From a virus (lineage: Duplodnaviria > Caudoviricetes), in the IMG/VR virus record IMGVR_UViG_3300009183_000045: 64,000 nt of DNA, one strand, 5' to 3'. Made by a program: the position numbers and the translations under genes. Each line of letters begins with the position of its first letter. The first letter of the stretch is position 1. The notes below the pieces were generated by a model. The model was not told where the DNA came from, searched no databases, and was given only the letters and a program-made list of their open reading frames with translations. Positions 19,407-28,947 of the stretch are shown in pieces.

Positions 19407-22400
19407 ATGGATCCTTTAATCACAAATGGCGAAATAAAAATTACAGACCTATCTAGGGCCCCGATTTTAAGATCTAGTGATCTATTCGTAGCCGCCACCC
19501 ATTTAGACGGTTCTGCTGATATAACCACCCAGGCCATATCCTCTTGCGTATTGCTTGATTATGTTCTCTCACACGGTCCCTATAATTTTGGAGCCAATTT
19601 ATCCAGTATAGGAGTCCACACCAATCCAACTCTCGATGGATGTTTTGTTTGTGATATTAATGCCAAACATTACAGTATTATTCCCAGCAACCCAGCATGG
19701 CCTCAATCTCAAAGCCAACCTGAAGCACCTAATTGCACAACTGATTCTTACTATTCTAACATAGGAGGAGGAACTGGTAATGTGGTATGGGGTACAGAAT
19801 CCACCATCGGCGGCGGTTGCTATAATACGGTAATGGACAGTAATTCTGTTATAGCCGGTGGTAAAAATAATATAATAAATTGCTGTGAATCCTCAATAGG
19901 TGGCGGCGGTAATAATATATCATGTGGAATATACACCACTATTGGAGGAGGAAATTGCAACGTAGCAAATCAAGAAGCTAGCACCATAGCCGGTGGTAAA
20001 CTCAACCTGATTACAACTCCAGAATTGACTAATATTACATACAGAGGAGGAGTTATTTCTGGGGGCACTAATAACGCTCTTTCTGGATGTTATGGATTTA
20101 TTGGCGGCGGATTTCATAATGATTCCACCGGCAACCACTCCGTTATAGTTGCTGGGGAATGTAACAATATAGATTCACACCACAGCTTTATCGGTGGTGG
20201 AGAATTTAATAATATTGCATCTGGTAATTGCAGTGTTATAATAGGAGGAGGTTCCAACATTATATCCGGCGGCGCCTCTATATTAATAGGAGGAACTCAC
20301 AATAATATTAATGGAATTTACTCCGTTGTAAATGGTGGCTATACTAATTCTATAACTGGTGAATATTCTTATATAGGCACCGGAGATCATAATCATATCT
20401 CTGGGAACAATTCTTCTGTAGTGGCAGGTGTTTGCAACTTTATTGCAAGTGATCATTCTTTTATAGGAACCGGTCTGTGTAATTCTGCCATTCAAACCCA
20501 TGCTTCAGTTCTTAATGGCAGGTGCAACAATTCATTGGGTGAGTTTTCGGCAATTCTTAATGGGCAGAATAATGTTGCTTTAGGATCTAACTCAACTGTT
20601 CTTAACGGGTGTGTTAATACTGCATCCGGAAATTGTAGTTTAATTGGTGGCGGCTGCTATAACATAGCATCTAATGCATATTCAACTATTCTAGGGGGTC
20701 ATCATAACTCAGCAAGTGCTGTACATTCTTTTATAGCTGGTGGAAGCTATAATAGCAGTAATTCCTATAACAATACTTTTATATTAGGATCAACTATAAG
20801 TGCCACCAGGGTTGATTTTACTTACGTAAACAATTTAAGTTCAGGAAATGAAATATATGCAGCCAACAATGTTTGTAGTATTAATCAATGTGCCACAGAT
20901 TGCATAGGTTCGGGTAACAACATATGTGCCACTAATACTATATGTGGAAATTATATATGTGGAAGATCTTGTGTAAGCACCCCTCGTTCATTTTCTTCTA
21001 TTTGTGCATCAACCCCTTTAATCAGTTCTCAGTATGCATATATCTCAGAAAAGTTGTATGGCAATATAATATATGCTAACAAGTGTGTACACACCACAGA
21101 TATAGAATCTTCCACTATAACCAATATAGGCACTCTTACAAATGTGGGCCAACTTACAAGTGTTGGGTCCATTTGCAATTACGGAGCATTTAACAACACT
21201 GGCACCATGTGCAATACAGGATATTTCCACAATGAAGGAACTATCTGCAACACCACTGGGTCTATATGCAGTAATAGTGATATAGTGGTGGGTACTACAG
21301 GAAGATTCTTATCGGGCGGTCAAGATTTATTAGAATTGTTTAATTCTTACACAGCTGGATCGGGGTTTTATAAAACCCCTTATGTGGTTCAATTTATAGG
21401 AGATGGTGTCACTACAAAATTTAGTGATTCAAATTTTCCCAGCATAAATCCAAATAATTTTTTAATTTCTATAGCGGGTTTAATTCAAAGACCTTATATA
21501 GATTTTACCAGCAATTTATCCAACAAAGGATCTGTGGTATTTTCTTCACCTCCACCAGCTGGGCAATTAATTAATATATACGCCAATCAAAGTAGTGAAG
21601 TGGGTAAGAGTATTGTTGGATTTTATAATCCTCAATATACAACCTTCATTGCGGACGGTACCTCCTTGGATTACTCTATTCCGAGTGAAGTATATAATGG
21701 CACAGACCCTAATGGATATTTGGTTTCTGTGACTGGATTGGTCCAAAGACCCACTACAGACTTTACAGTGTTAAGTGCTAATGATGGCTTAAATGGCATT
21801 ATACATTTTGTAGCCCCTCCACCCTTAAATGGAGCAGTAACCATACATTCATTTAAATTTTCTACAATTTCAATTTTTAATTCCATATTTAATTATCTCT
21901 CAGCTAGTAATTTTAATATTCCCATATCTTCATTTACCGCGCCTGGAATTACAGCTGCTCATATAGTAGCAACTTCTGATATATATACTCCTTTTATAAA
22001 TGCCACTCGTATAGCGGGTTCTACTGTCAGCGGAAATCTTACCATTACAGGTAATTTATCCACTTTAGGGACTACGACCTTCGTGGGTTCTATAATATCA
22101 AACACTAGTGCTTTGAGTGTGATAAATTACGGACCTTCTCCAGCACTGTGGGTGGGTCAATATAGTACAGCTGGGGACATAGCATCCTTTTATGACTTAG
22201 ACCAACAAAGAGAGGTGTTGCATGTAGGAGGCATTAACGGTATTAACCCAAATGTTGGTATTTTAACTTCCACTCCCAATAAAACATTAACTGTAGTGGG
22301 AGAAATTAGTGCCACCGGAAGTCTTTTCTCTTCAGGAAACCTTAATGTAACCGGTTCGGGTATTAATTACATAAACGGCAATGTTGGATTAGGCACTTTA

Positions 22401-24131
22401 ACTCCTCGCAGTAAATTGGATCTTAATGCCGGAGTTATAGCCGGAGTTGCTAATATTAGAGGGGTTTCTAATTCTGGAGCTTATTCTATATGGGGTGGTT
22501 TAGGGACAGATGGAGCTATAGATGGAGGTTATGTACAATTGTATGGTAGTGCTCACACTGGTTATCCAAATTTATTATTATTTGGAAACTCTTCTTCCAA
22601 TGAAACAATGCGCATTGCTTCAAACGGCAATGTAGGAATAAACGATACTGCTCCCTCTGAAAAGCTATCAGTCACTGGTAATATTAGAGCCACAGGCACC
22701 CTCAACATAGGAGGTACCAGCTTACTCCATGGCCCGTTATGGTTGGGTAGACAAGACGCTTCATTGGAAGGAGGACAATTAACTTTTGCCAAAGCATTAG
22801 ATAATACAGAAGCTTGGACCATTGATGTTTTCGGAAATGATGCATCTCCTCGTTTAAGATTTTTTACTTCTAACGAAAAGATGACCATTTTAAACAATGG
22901 CAAAGTTGGAATAGGAACCGCTGCTCCTACTAGAACATTAGAAGTAAACGGAGATTTCCAAGCAACTAACATTTATGGATCTTTAAATGTAAATCAAATA
23001 GCCGGGACTCTTTTAACCTCTCAAGGCGGAACAGGCGGCGCCACCGCTTCAGCGGGTGCAAAGAATTTATTAGACGGGATAGGCACTGGTACATCTGGTT
23101 ATGTTTTAAAAACAGGAGGTGCTGGAAATTATTATTGGGCAGCAGAAACGGGAGCCACCGTCCAAGTAGGAACTCTTATAAATTCTACTCGGGCGGCATG
23201 GACGGCCACGGCCTCTCAAACTGTATTCACGGCCCCTTCTTATACAACCGGAGCCAATCAATTAAGAGTATATGTTAATGGCGTTCGCCAAACCACCAAT
23301 GATTACGCAGAAACATCTACAACTTCTTTTACATTAACAGTTGGTTGTAATGCTGGAGATTATGTTTTAGCAGAGGTGGATGGATATTATACATATCCAA
23401 ACATAGCGTCTGCAGTAGTGTTTAGCCCCACAGGCAATGTCGCTGCTATAAATGTTCAATCTGCAATAGCAGAGCTAGATACAGAAAAATTTGATAAAAC
23501 TGGGGGACCTATTTCCGGGGATGTAACAATGTCTGCTGCTAAAATAACCTTAGCTGCAGGAACTACCACTAAACCGCCTTTAGTGTTTTCATCTGGTGCA
23601 ACCCTTAGTAGTTTATTGGCTGGCGCCGTGGAATGGGACGGTTCTAAACTATATGTCACATATACTGCGGGCCCTACAAGAAAAACAGTGGCCACAGAAG
23701 ATTATGTAACCACGGCCTTAGGATCTTATGCCCCTAAAGCAGCTCCTGCTTTCACAGGAGCTTGCCAAATTGGTGTAAGTGGAACTAATGGTAGTCTTTT
23801 AGTTTACGGCGACATAAATGCCACAGGCGATGTAATTGCTGCTTATGCCCCCTCAGATATAAGACTTAAATCTAACATAGTTCCTATATCCGATGCGTTA
23901 AACAAAATTGATAAAATTTCTGGTGTTGAATTTATATGGAATAATAAACAGCAACTTTATAAAGGCAAGGATGTGGGAGTTATTGCCCAGGAAATAGAAA
24001 AAGTCTTACCCGAAGTGGTAGCCGTCAGACATGATGGATATAATGGGGTAAAATATGAAAAAATTGTGGCTCTATTAATTGAAGGTATTAAAGAATTAAG
24101 AAAAGAAGTAGAGGAGTTAAAAAGAAAGTAA
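19407..24131 (+). CDS. Long tail fibre/adhesin with GGGxxN beta-roll repeats and C-terminal Peptidase_S74 intramolecular chaperone
   Basis: Repeats such as STIGGGCYN and SVIAGGKNN, fibre motifs GNVGIN and GKVGIGT.AP, and C-terminal SDIRLKSNIVPISDALNKIDKISGVEF...[16 protein letters not shown]...VKYEKIVALLIEGIKEL. Confidence 0.85.
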   Translation: MDPLITNGEIKITDLSRAPILRSSDLFVAATHLDGSADITTQAISSCVLLDYVLSHGPYNFGANLSSIGVHTNPTLDGCFVCDINAKHYSIIPSNPAWPQSQSQPEAPNCTTDSYYSNIGGGTGNVVWGTESTIGGGCYNTVMDSNSVIAGGKNNIINCCESSIGGGGNNISCGIYTTIGGGNCNVANQEASTIAGGKLNLITTPELTNITYRGGVISGGTNNALSGCYGFIGGGFHNDSTGNHSVIVAGECNNIDSHHSFIGGGEFNNIASGNCSVIIGGGSNIISGGASILIGGTHNNINGIYSVVNGGYTNSITGEYSYIGTGDHNHISGNNSSVVAGVCNFIASDHSFIGTGLCNSAIQTHASVLNGRCNNSLGEFSAILNGQNNVALGSNSTVLNGCVNTASGNCSLIGGGCYNIASNAYSTILGGHHNSASAVHSFIAGGSYNSSNSYNNTFILGSTISATRVDFTYVNNLSSGNEIYAANNVCSINQCATDCIGSGNNICATNTICGNYICGRSCVSTPRSFSSICASTPLISSQYAYISEKLYGNIIYANKCVHTTDIESSTITNIGTLTNVGQLTSVGSICNYGAFNNTGTMCNTGYFHNEGTICNTTGSICSNSDIVVGTTGRFLSGGQDLLELFNSYTAGSGFYKTPYVVQFIGDGVTTKFSDSNFPSINPNNFLISIAGLIQRPYIDFTSNLSNKGSVVFSSPPPAGQLINIYANQSSEVGKSIVGFYNPQYTTFIADGTSLDYSIPSEVYNGTDPNGYLVSVTGLVQRPTTDFTVLSANDGLNGIIHFVAPPPLNGAVTIHSFKFSTISIFNSIFNYLSASNFNIPISSFTAPGITAAHIVATSDIYTPFINATRIAGSTVSGNLTITGNLSTLGTTTFVGSIISNTSALSVINYGPSPALWVGQYSTAGDIASFYDLDQQREVLHVGGINGINPNVGILTSTPNKTLTVVGEISATGSLFSSGNLNVTGSGINYINGNVGLGTLTPRSKLDLNAGVIAGVANIRGVSNSGAYSIWGGLGTDGAIDGGYVQLYGSAHTGYPNLLLFGNSSSNETMRIASNGNVGINDTAPSEKLSVTGNIRATGTLNIGGTSLLHGPLWLGRQDASLEGGQLTFAKALDNTEAWTIDVFGNDASPRLRFFTSNEKMTILNNGKVGIGTAAPTRTLEVNGDFQATNIYGSLNVNQIAGTLLTSQGGTGGATASAGAKNLLDGIGTGTSGYVLKTGGAGNYYWAAETGATVQVGTLINSTRAAWTATASQTVFTAPSYTTGANQLRVYVNGVRQTTNDYAETSTTSFTLTVGCNAGDYVLAEVDGYYTYPNIASAVVFSPTGNVAAINVQSAIAELDTEKFDKTGGPISGDVTMSAAKITLAAGTTTKPPLVFSSGATLSSLLAGAVEWDGSKLYVTYTAGPTRKTVATEDYVTTALGSYAPKAAPAFTGACQIGVSGTNGSLLVYGDINATGDVIAAYAPSDIRLKSNIVPISDALNKIDKISGVEFIWNNKQQLYKGKDVGVIAQEIEKVLPEVVAVRHDGYNGVKYEKIVALLIEGIKELRKEVEELKRK

Positions 24132-24146
24132 TAAATTTATTAAATT

Positions 24147-24758
24147 ATGACAAAAGTTAAAAGTTCAACATTAGATTTAACAAATCTTTCAGCAATAGCC
24201 GCCGCCACCGGCGGAGCCACCTACACAGGCGCTTGGACCCCTGGGAGCGGTGGAACTTTTGTTTCTACTTCTTGTTCTGGAAATGCAGCAACCGCTAGTG
24301 CTTGTACCGGCAACGCAGCTACAGCTACAAATGCAACCGCATTGCGCAATGCTGCCACCACCGCATACATACTCGCAGCTCTTTCCGGTGCTAGTACGAT
24401 AGTACAAACTGACACATACGGGTCCATAACAGCCACCGGAGACGTAACCGCATATTCAGATGCTAAACTTAAAGAAAATGTAAAAACTATTGACAATGCT
24501 TTGGATAAAACATTAAAATTAAGAGGAGTCTATTATAATAAAATAGATGATCAAACGAAGCGTCAAAATGTTGGAGTTATAGCCCAGGAAATTAAAGAAA
24601 TTTTACCAGAAGTGGTACATTGCGTTGATTCAGAGAATGAAGATTCTATTTTATCAGTTAGTTACGGCAACATTGTTGCTCTTCTTATAGAAGCTATTAA
24701 AGAACAACAAAAACAAATAGAAGATTTAAAGAAGGTTGTTACTAAGTTAAATAAATAA
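24147..24758 (+). CDS. Short tail fibre protein with Peptidase_S74 chaperone domain
   Basis: [33 protein letters not shown]...[14 protein letters not shown]...[18 protein letters not shown]. Confidence 0.85.
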   Translation: MTKVKSSTLDLTNLSAIAAATGGATYTGAWTPGSGGTFVSTSCSGNAATASACTGNAATATNATALRNAATTAYILAALSGASTIVQTDTYGSITATGDVTAYSDAKLKENVKTIDNALDKTLKLRGVYYNKIDDQTKRQNVGVIAQEIKEILPEVVHCVDSENEDSILSVSYGNIVALLIEAIKEQQKQIEDLKKVVTKLNK

Positions 24759-24759
24759 T

Positions 24760-26637
24760 ATGAGTTTCGTCAAAGCCACTTTAAATATGTTTGAAATTCC
24801 ACTCAGTGGAGTTTTAGCCGGTAAAAACTCTGTAGTCAATCATGATAACAGTTTCATTATCGGATCGAACATGATGTCAACATCAGCAAATGTTTTATTT
24901 GTTAATAGTTTAAGTGCTTCTGGCAAAATTTTTGGAGTTACTGATGGTAGCATGGTTAACTCTGTAGGAGGAAAAAGAGGCAATGTAACCTTAGAAATTC
25001 CGGATGTTAATTACCTGGAAACAACTTTACAAAGTATTGAGCAAACTCTTTATTCTAAATTAGATTTAGTAGGAGGTACCATTGTTGGAGATCTTACAGT
25101 CACGGGAGGAATATCTGCACAGGGAGGAGTTCATTTTGCCAATACCATATTTTCCACAACCTCTTCTTTAAGTGTGGTCAACACTGGGTACGGCCCCGCT
25201 CTTTATGTATATCAAGGCAAAGGATCTGGAGATGTCGCTTCTTTCTATGACGGTGACGGAATAGAAGTTTTACATATAGGAAACGCAAAAAATACAGCAG
25301 GGCTGGATCCATCTGGGGTCATTGGGATTAAAACCTCTAATCCCAACAAAACTTTAACGGTTGTGGGTGAAATCAGTGCTACCTCAGATATTACCACTTC
25401 TGGTAAATTTAAAGGAGATGGAACTTCTTTGACATTGCCTTTGGCAACCTCTGGTCTTGCAGGTGTATTTAAATTAGGAGCTGGGTTATCTTTGGATCCG
25501 AACGGCGCTTTGAATATTGCCAATATTTTCACCGGTGCCACTGGAGCTACGGGTCCCATTGGAGCCTCTGGAGCCACTGGACCTCTAGGAATTACTGGAG
25601 CTACGGGACCTTCCGGGCCTATCGGATTTTCGGGCTCTCCTGGTCAAACAGGGACCCAAGGATCTACTGGAGCCACTGGATTGGGCGCTACTGGAGCCAC
25701 TGGCATTCAAGGTCCAAACGGCGCCACTGGACCCTTTGGTGCCACCGGCCTTGGAGCCACCGGCGCCACAGGCATTCAAGGCCCGAGTGGGGCGACAGGT
25801 CCTCAGGGTATTCAAGGAACTCCTGGAGGAGCCACTGGGCTTCAGGGTCCTACAGGAGCCACGGGATTAGGAGCCACCGGAGTTCAGGGGCCAGCCGGCA
25901 TTCAAGGGGCCACTGGAATAGGAGTTCAGGGACTTAGTGGTAATCCAGGAGCTACTGGAGTCATGGGTCCCGCCGGGCCTGTAGGTGCTACTGGAATAGG
26001 TGCCACCGGACTTCAGGGCACTATAGGAATACAAGGAATTCAAGGTCCAAGCGGGGCCACGGGTATTCAGGGTGCCACTGGTTTAGGAGCAACCGGCATT
26101 CAAGGACCCACAGGTGCCACGGGAATACAGGGTGTCTCTGGTTTATCTGGTAGTCTAGGACAAACTGGACCCACAGGTGCTACTGGTATTCAGGGAGCCA
26201 CAGGAATACAAGGTGCTACTGGTATTCAGGGAGCCACTGGTGCAAACTTAGACAGTACTAAACTTCCTCTAGCAGGTGGAACCATGACTGGTGGGATAAA
26301 TCTTCTCTACGTCACAGAAACATATGCAGTCCCTTCCATTGTATCCAATGCAGTTGCTTTTGATTTAACATCTGCCTCTTTATTTAGATTAACTCTAAAT
26401 TCTACAGTCACTATAACCTTTACAAACACCCCAACTGCTCCAAAAGTTTATAGTTTTGCTTTACAGACTATAGGAGACGGAACTGCTAGAGCCATTACTT
26501 GGCCCACTACTATTAAATGGCCAACAGGAGTTGCACCCACCGTAACATCTACTCTTAATAAAGTAGATACATACAGCTTTCTCACATCAGATGGTGGCTC
26601 CAACTGGTATGGATATATAGGTTATCAGGGACATTAA
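24760..26637 (+). CDS. Collagen-like tail fibre protein
   Basis: Long GAT/GPT/GIQ Gly-X-Y tract (about 25530-26245) and C-terminal fibre domain [18 protein letters not shown]....[16 protein letters not shown]. Confidence 0.85.
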   Translation: MSFVKATLNMFEIPLSGVLAGKNSVVNHDNSFIIGSNMMSTSANVLFVNSLSASGKIFGVTDGSMVNSVGGKRGNVTLEIPDVNYLETTLQSIEQTLYSKLDLVGGTIVGDLTVTGGISAQGGVHFANTIFSTTSSLSVVNTGYGPALYVYQGKGSGDVASFYDGDGIEVLHIGNAKNTAGLDPSGVIGIKTSNPNKTLTVVGEISATSDITTSGKFKGDGTSLTLPLATSGLAGVFKLGAGLSLDPNGALNIANIFTGATGATGPIGASGATGPLGITGATGPSGPIGFSGSPGQTGTQGSTGATGLGATGATGIQGPNGATGPFGATGLGATGATGIQGPSGATGPQGIQGTPGGATGLQGPTGATGLGATGVQGPAGIQGATGIGVQGLSGNPGATGVMGPAGPVGATGIGATGLQGTIGIQGIQGPSGATGIQGATGLGATGIQGPTGATGIQGVSGLSGSLGQTGPTGATGIQGATGIQGATGIQGATGANLDSTKLPLAGGTMTGGINLLYVTETYAVPSIVSNAVAFDLTSASLFRLTLNSTVTITFTNTPTAPKVYSFALQTIGDGTARAITWPTTIKWPTGVAPTVTSTLNKVDTYSFLTSDGGSNWYGYIGYQGH

Positions 26638-26639
26638 TT

Positions 26640-27125
26640 ATGAAATTATATTGCTTAGTAGAAGACAGAAAAGATGAAGAAGGTAATGTTTATAAGAGTA
26701 TAAACCAAGGTCCCACAGAATTGCCGCAAAACACTTCATTTGTTTCTAATTTAAATTCTTTAGACGAAACCTCTCTTAAAGAATTGGGATGGTTGCCTTA
26801 TAAAAAGCAATCAGAAGACAAAGAAGTTTATGTTTCTTCTAAATATGAAATTTTAGAAGACAAAGTAATTGAAATTATAGAAACCAGAAATAAAACCGAA
26901 GAAGAATTAAACATTGATAAAGAAAAGAGAGAATATTATCTATGGCAAGATTTGAGAAAACAAAGAGATCAGTTGTTGTCTGAATCTGATAAAATGGTCA
27001 TGGTGGACAAGTGGGAAAAAATGAATGAATTTGAAAGAGAAAGGATATCCACATATCGTCAATCTTTAAGAGACTTGCCAGATTTAACCAAAGATCCTGC
27101 CGAAGTAAACTTTCCAGTTCTTTAA
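26640..27125 (+). CDS. Tail fibre assembly chaperone-like protein
   Basis: LKELGWLPY and C-terminal LRKQRDQLLSESDK...YRQSLRDLP......VNFP (phage tail assembly chaperone pattern). Confidence 0.75.
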   Translation: MKLYCLVEDRKDEEGNVYKSINQGPTELPQNTSFVSNLNSLDETSLKELGWLPYKKQSEDKEVYVSSKYEILEDKVIEIIETRNKTEEELNIDKEKREYYLWQDLRKQRDQLLSESDKMVMVDKWEKMNEFERERISTYRQSLRDLPDLTKDPAEVNFPVL

Positions 27126-27129
27126 TTTT

Positions 27130-28899
27130 ATGTCTTTCTTATTTGCCCAGCGCAGGAGTTTTTCGAATTCTTTGTCCGTCAAAGGCCTCGGAACATTTAA
27201 TAGAATTGCAGCGACCGACGGCTGTTCTTTGGCTCTTAAAAGTGATGGCACATTAATTGGATGGGGAATTGGCCCTCACCTTATCATTCCTTCTAGTGCT
27301 AATTCAGGGGTGGTGGACATTAAAGTAAGCCAGCAAGGTTGTTTGGCTCTTAAAAGTGATGGTTCAGTGATAGGATGGGGCACTAATTGGTATGGTGAAT
27401 TCACCATTCCTATTGGAGTTAGTTCTAAAGTGGTGAGTATTTCCCTGGGCGGCCATCATTCTCTAGCTCTTAAAAGTGATGGCACTGTAGTTGGCTGGGG
27501 GGATAATAGTTACGGCCAAATTACTATTCCTTCTAGTGCCACTTCTGGTGTGGTGGCTATTGCTTGTGGGTATTACCATTCTCTAGCTCTTAAAAGTGAT
27601 GGATCTGTAATTGCCTGGGGATTTAATAATTTTGGTCAAACCACTATTCCTATTAGTGCTAATTCTAATGTGGTTGCTATTGCTGCAGGTGGCTTCCATT
27701 CTCTAGCTCTTAAAAGTAATGGCACTGTAGTTGGCTGGGGGAGCTATGTTTATGGAGAGCTCGCCATTACAGATTCTAATGTGGTGGCTATTGCTGCTAG
27801 TGGGAATGTTTCCTTGGCTCTTAAAAGTGATGGCTCTGTAATTAGTGCCGGACAATGGGCGTTCTACAACGCCAATACCAATCAAATGTATTATGTCGGG
27901 GTCACCAATCCCACTAGTGTTAGTTCTGGCGTGGTTACTATTGATACCTCTAGTCGAAGTTGTTTAGCCATTAAAAGTGATGGCTCTATAATTGGTTGGG
28001 GGGATAATAGTGTCGGCCAAATTACTATTTCTACTACAACCCTTTCTAGAGCAGCCTGTGCAAAAAGAATTGCTGCTGGCCGCACCCATTCTCTAGCTCT
28101 TAAAAGTGATGGATCTGTAATTGCCTGGGGATTGAATAATTTTGGTCAAACCACTATTCCTTCTAGTGCCACTTCTGGTGTGGTGGCTATTGCTGGCGGC
28201 TGGCGCCATTCTCTAGCTCTTAAAAGTGACGGCTCTGTAATTGCCTGGGGAGATAATTTTTATGACCAAACTACTATTCCTTCTAGTGCCACCTCTGGTG
28301 TGGTGGCTATTGATTGTGGGGATTACCATTCTCTAGCTCTTAAAAGTGACGGCTCTGTAATTGCCTGGGGATATGGTGTTGACGGTCAAACCACCATTCC
28401 ATCCAGTGCCACTTCTGGTGTGGTGGCTATTGCTTGTGCCCAATATTATTCTCTAGCCCTTAAAAGTGACGGCTCTGTAATCTCCTGGGGGCGTAATAGT
28501 GTCGGTCAAGCCCCCATTCCATCCAGTGCTGCTTCTGGTGTGGTGGCTATTGCTTGTGGCGTCGAGTATTCCATGGCCCTTAAAAGTGACGGCTCTGTGA
28601 TTGGTTGGGGAATCAATATTTACGGGACGTCACCCGTTATTCCATCCAGCGCGCTTTCTGGTGTAGTGGCTATTGCTTGTGGTGGCAACCATTATCTAGC
28701 ACTTAAAAGTGACGGCTCTGTAATTGCCTGGGGATATAATAATTATGGTCAAACCACCATTCCATCCAGCGCACTTTCTGGTGTAGTGGCTATTGCTGGC
28801 GGCAGCGAGCATTCCATGGCCCTTAAAAGTGACGGCTCTGTAATTGCCTGGGGAAATAATAGTAGTGGTCAAACCACTGTTCCAGCATCTTTAACTTAA
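27130..28899 (+). CDS. RCC1-repeat protein (14 repeats, probable double 7-bladed propeller)
   Basis: 14 copies of HSLALKSDGSVIAWG.N..GQTTIPSSATSGVVAIA.G. Confidence 0.9.
   Translation: MSFLFAQRRSFSNSLSVKGLGTFNRIAATDGCSLALKSDGTLIGWGIGPHLIIPSSANSGVVDIKVSQQGCLALKSDGSVIGWGTNWYGEFTIPIGVSSKVVSISLGGHHSLALKSDGTVVGWGDNSYGQITIPSSATSGVVAIACGYYHSLALKSDGSVIAWGFNNFGQTTIPISANSNVVAIAAGGFHSLALKSNGTVVGWGSYVYGELAITDSNVVAIAASGNVSLALKSDGSVISAGQWAFYNANTNQMYYVGVTNPTSVSSGVVTIDTSSRSCLAIKSDGSIIGWGDNSVGQITISTTTLSRAACAKRIAAGRTHSLALKSDGSVIAWGLNNFGQTTIPSSATSGVVAIAGGWRHSLALKSDGSVIAWGDNFYDQTTIPSSATSGVVAIDCGDYHSLALKSDGSVIAWGYGVDGQTTIPSSATSGVVAIACAQYYSLALKSDGSVISWGRNSVGQAPIPSSAASGVVAIACGVEYSMALKSDGSVIGWGINIYGTSPVIPSSALSGVVAIACGGNHYLALKSDGSVIAWGYNNYGQTTIPSSALSGVVAIAGGSEHSMALKSDGSVIAWGNNSSGQTTVPASLT
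27210..28890 (+). repeat. About 120-bp in-frame coding tandem repeats (RCC1 blades)
   Basis: The core ctagctcttaaaagtga(t/c)gg.tctgtaattgcctgggg recurs with near identity; for example the copies at about 27577 and 28087 differ at one base over about 75 bp. Confidence 0.9.
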
Positions 28900-28935
28900 C
28901 AGAAGAGTTATACTATCATAGTTAACCATTCTTGA

Positions 28936-28941
28936 TAAATA
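28936..28941 (+). promoter_or_regulatory. Late promoter TAAATA, 6 nt before ATG
   Basis: TAAATA-gtatag-ATG(28948). Confidence 0.6.
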
Positions 28942-28947
28942 GTATAG

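Noticed and set aside
27130-28899. Possible diversity-generating retroelement target or template repeats in the RCC1 gene
   Set aside because: Differences between repeats are not adenine-specific, there is no separate non-coding template repeat, and no reverse transcriptase is in the window.
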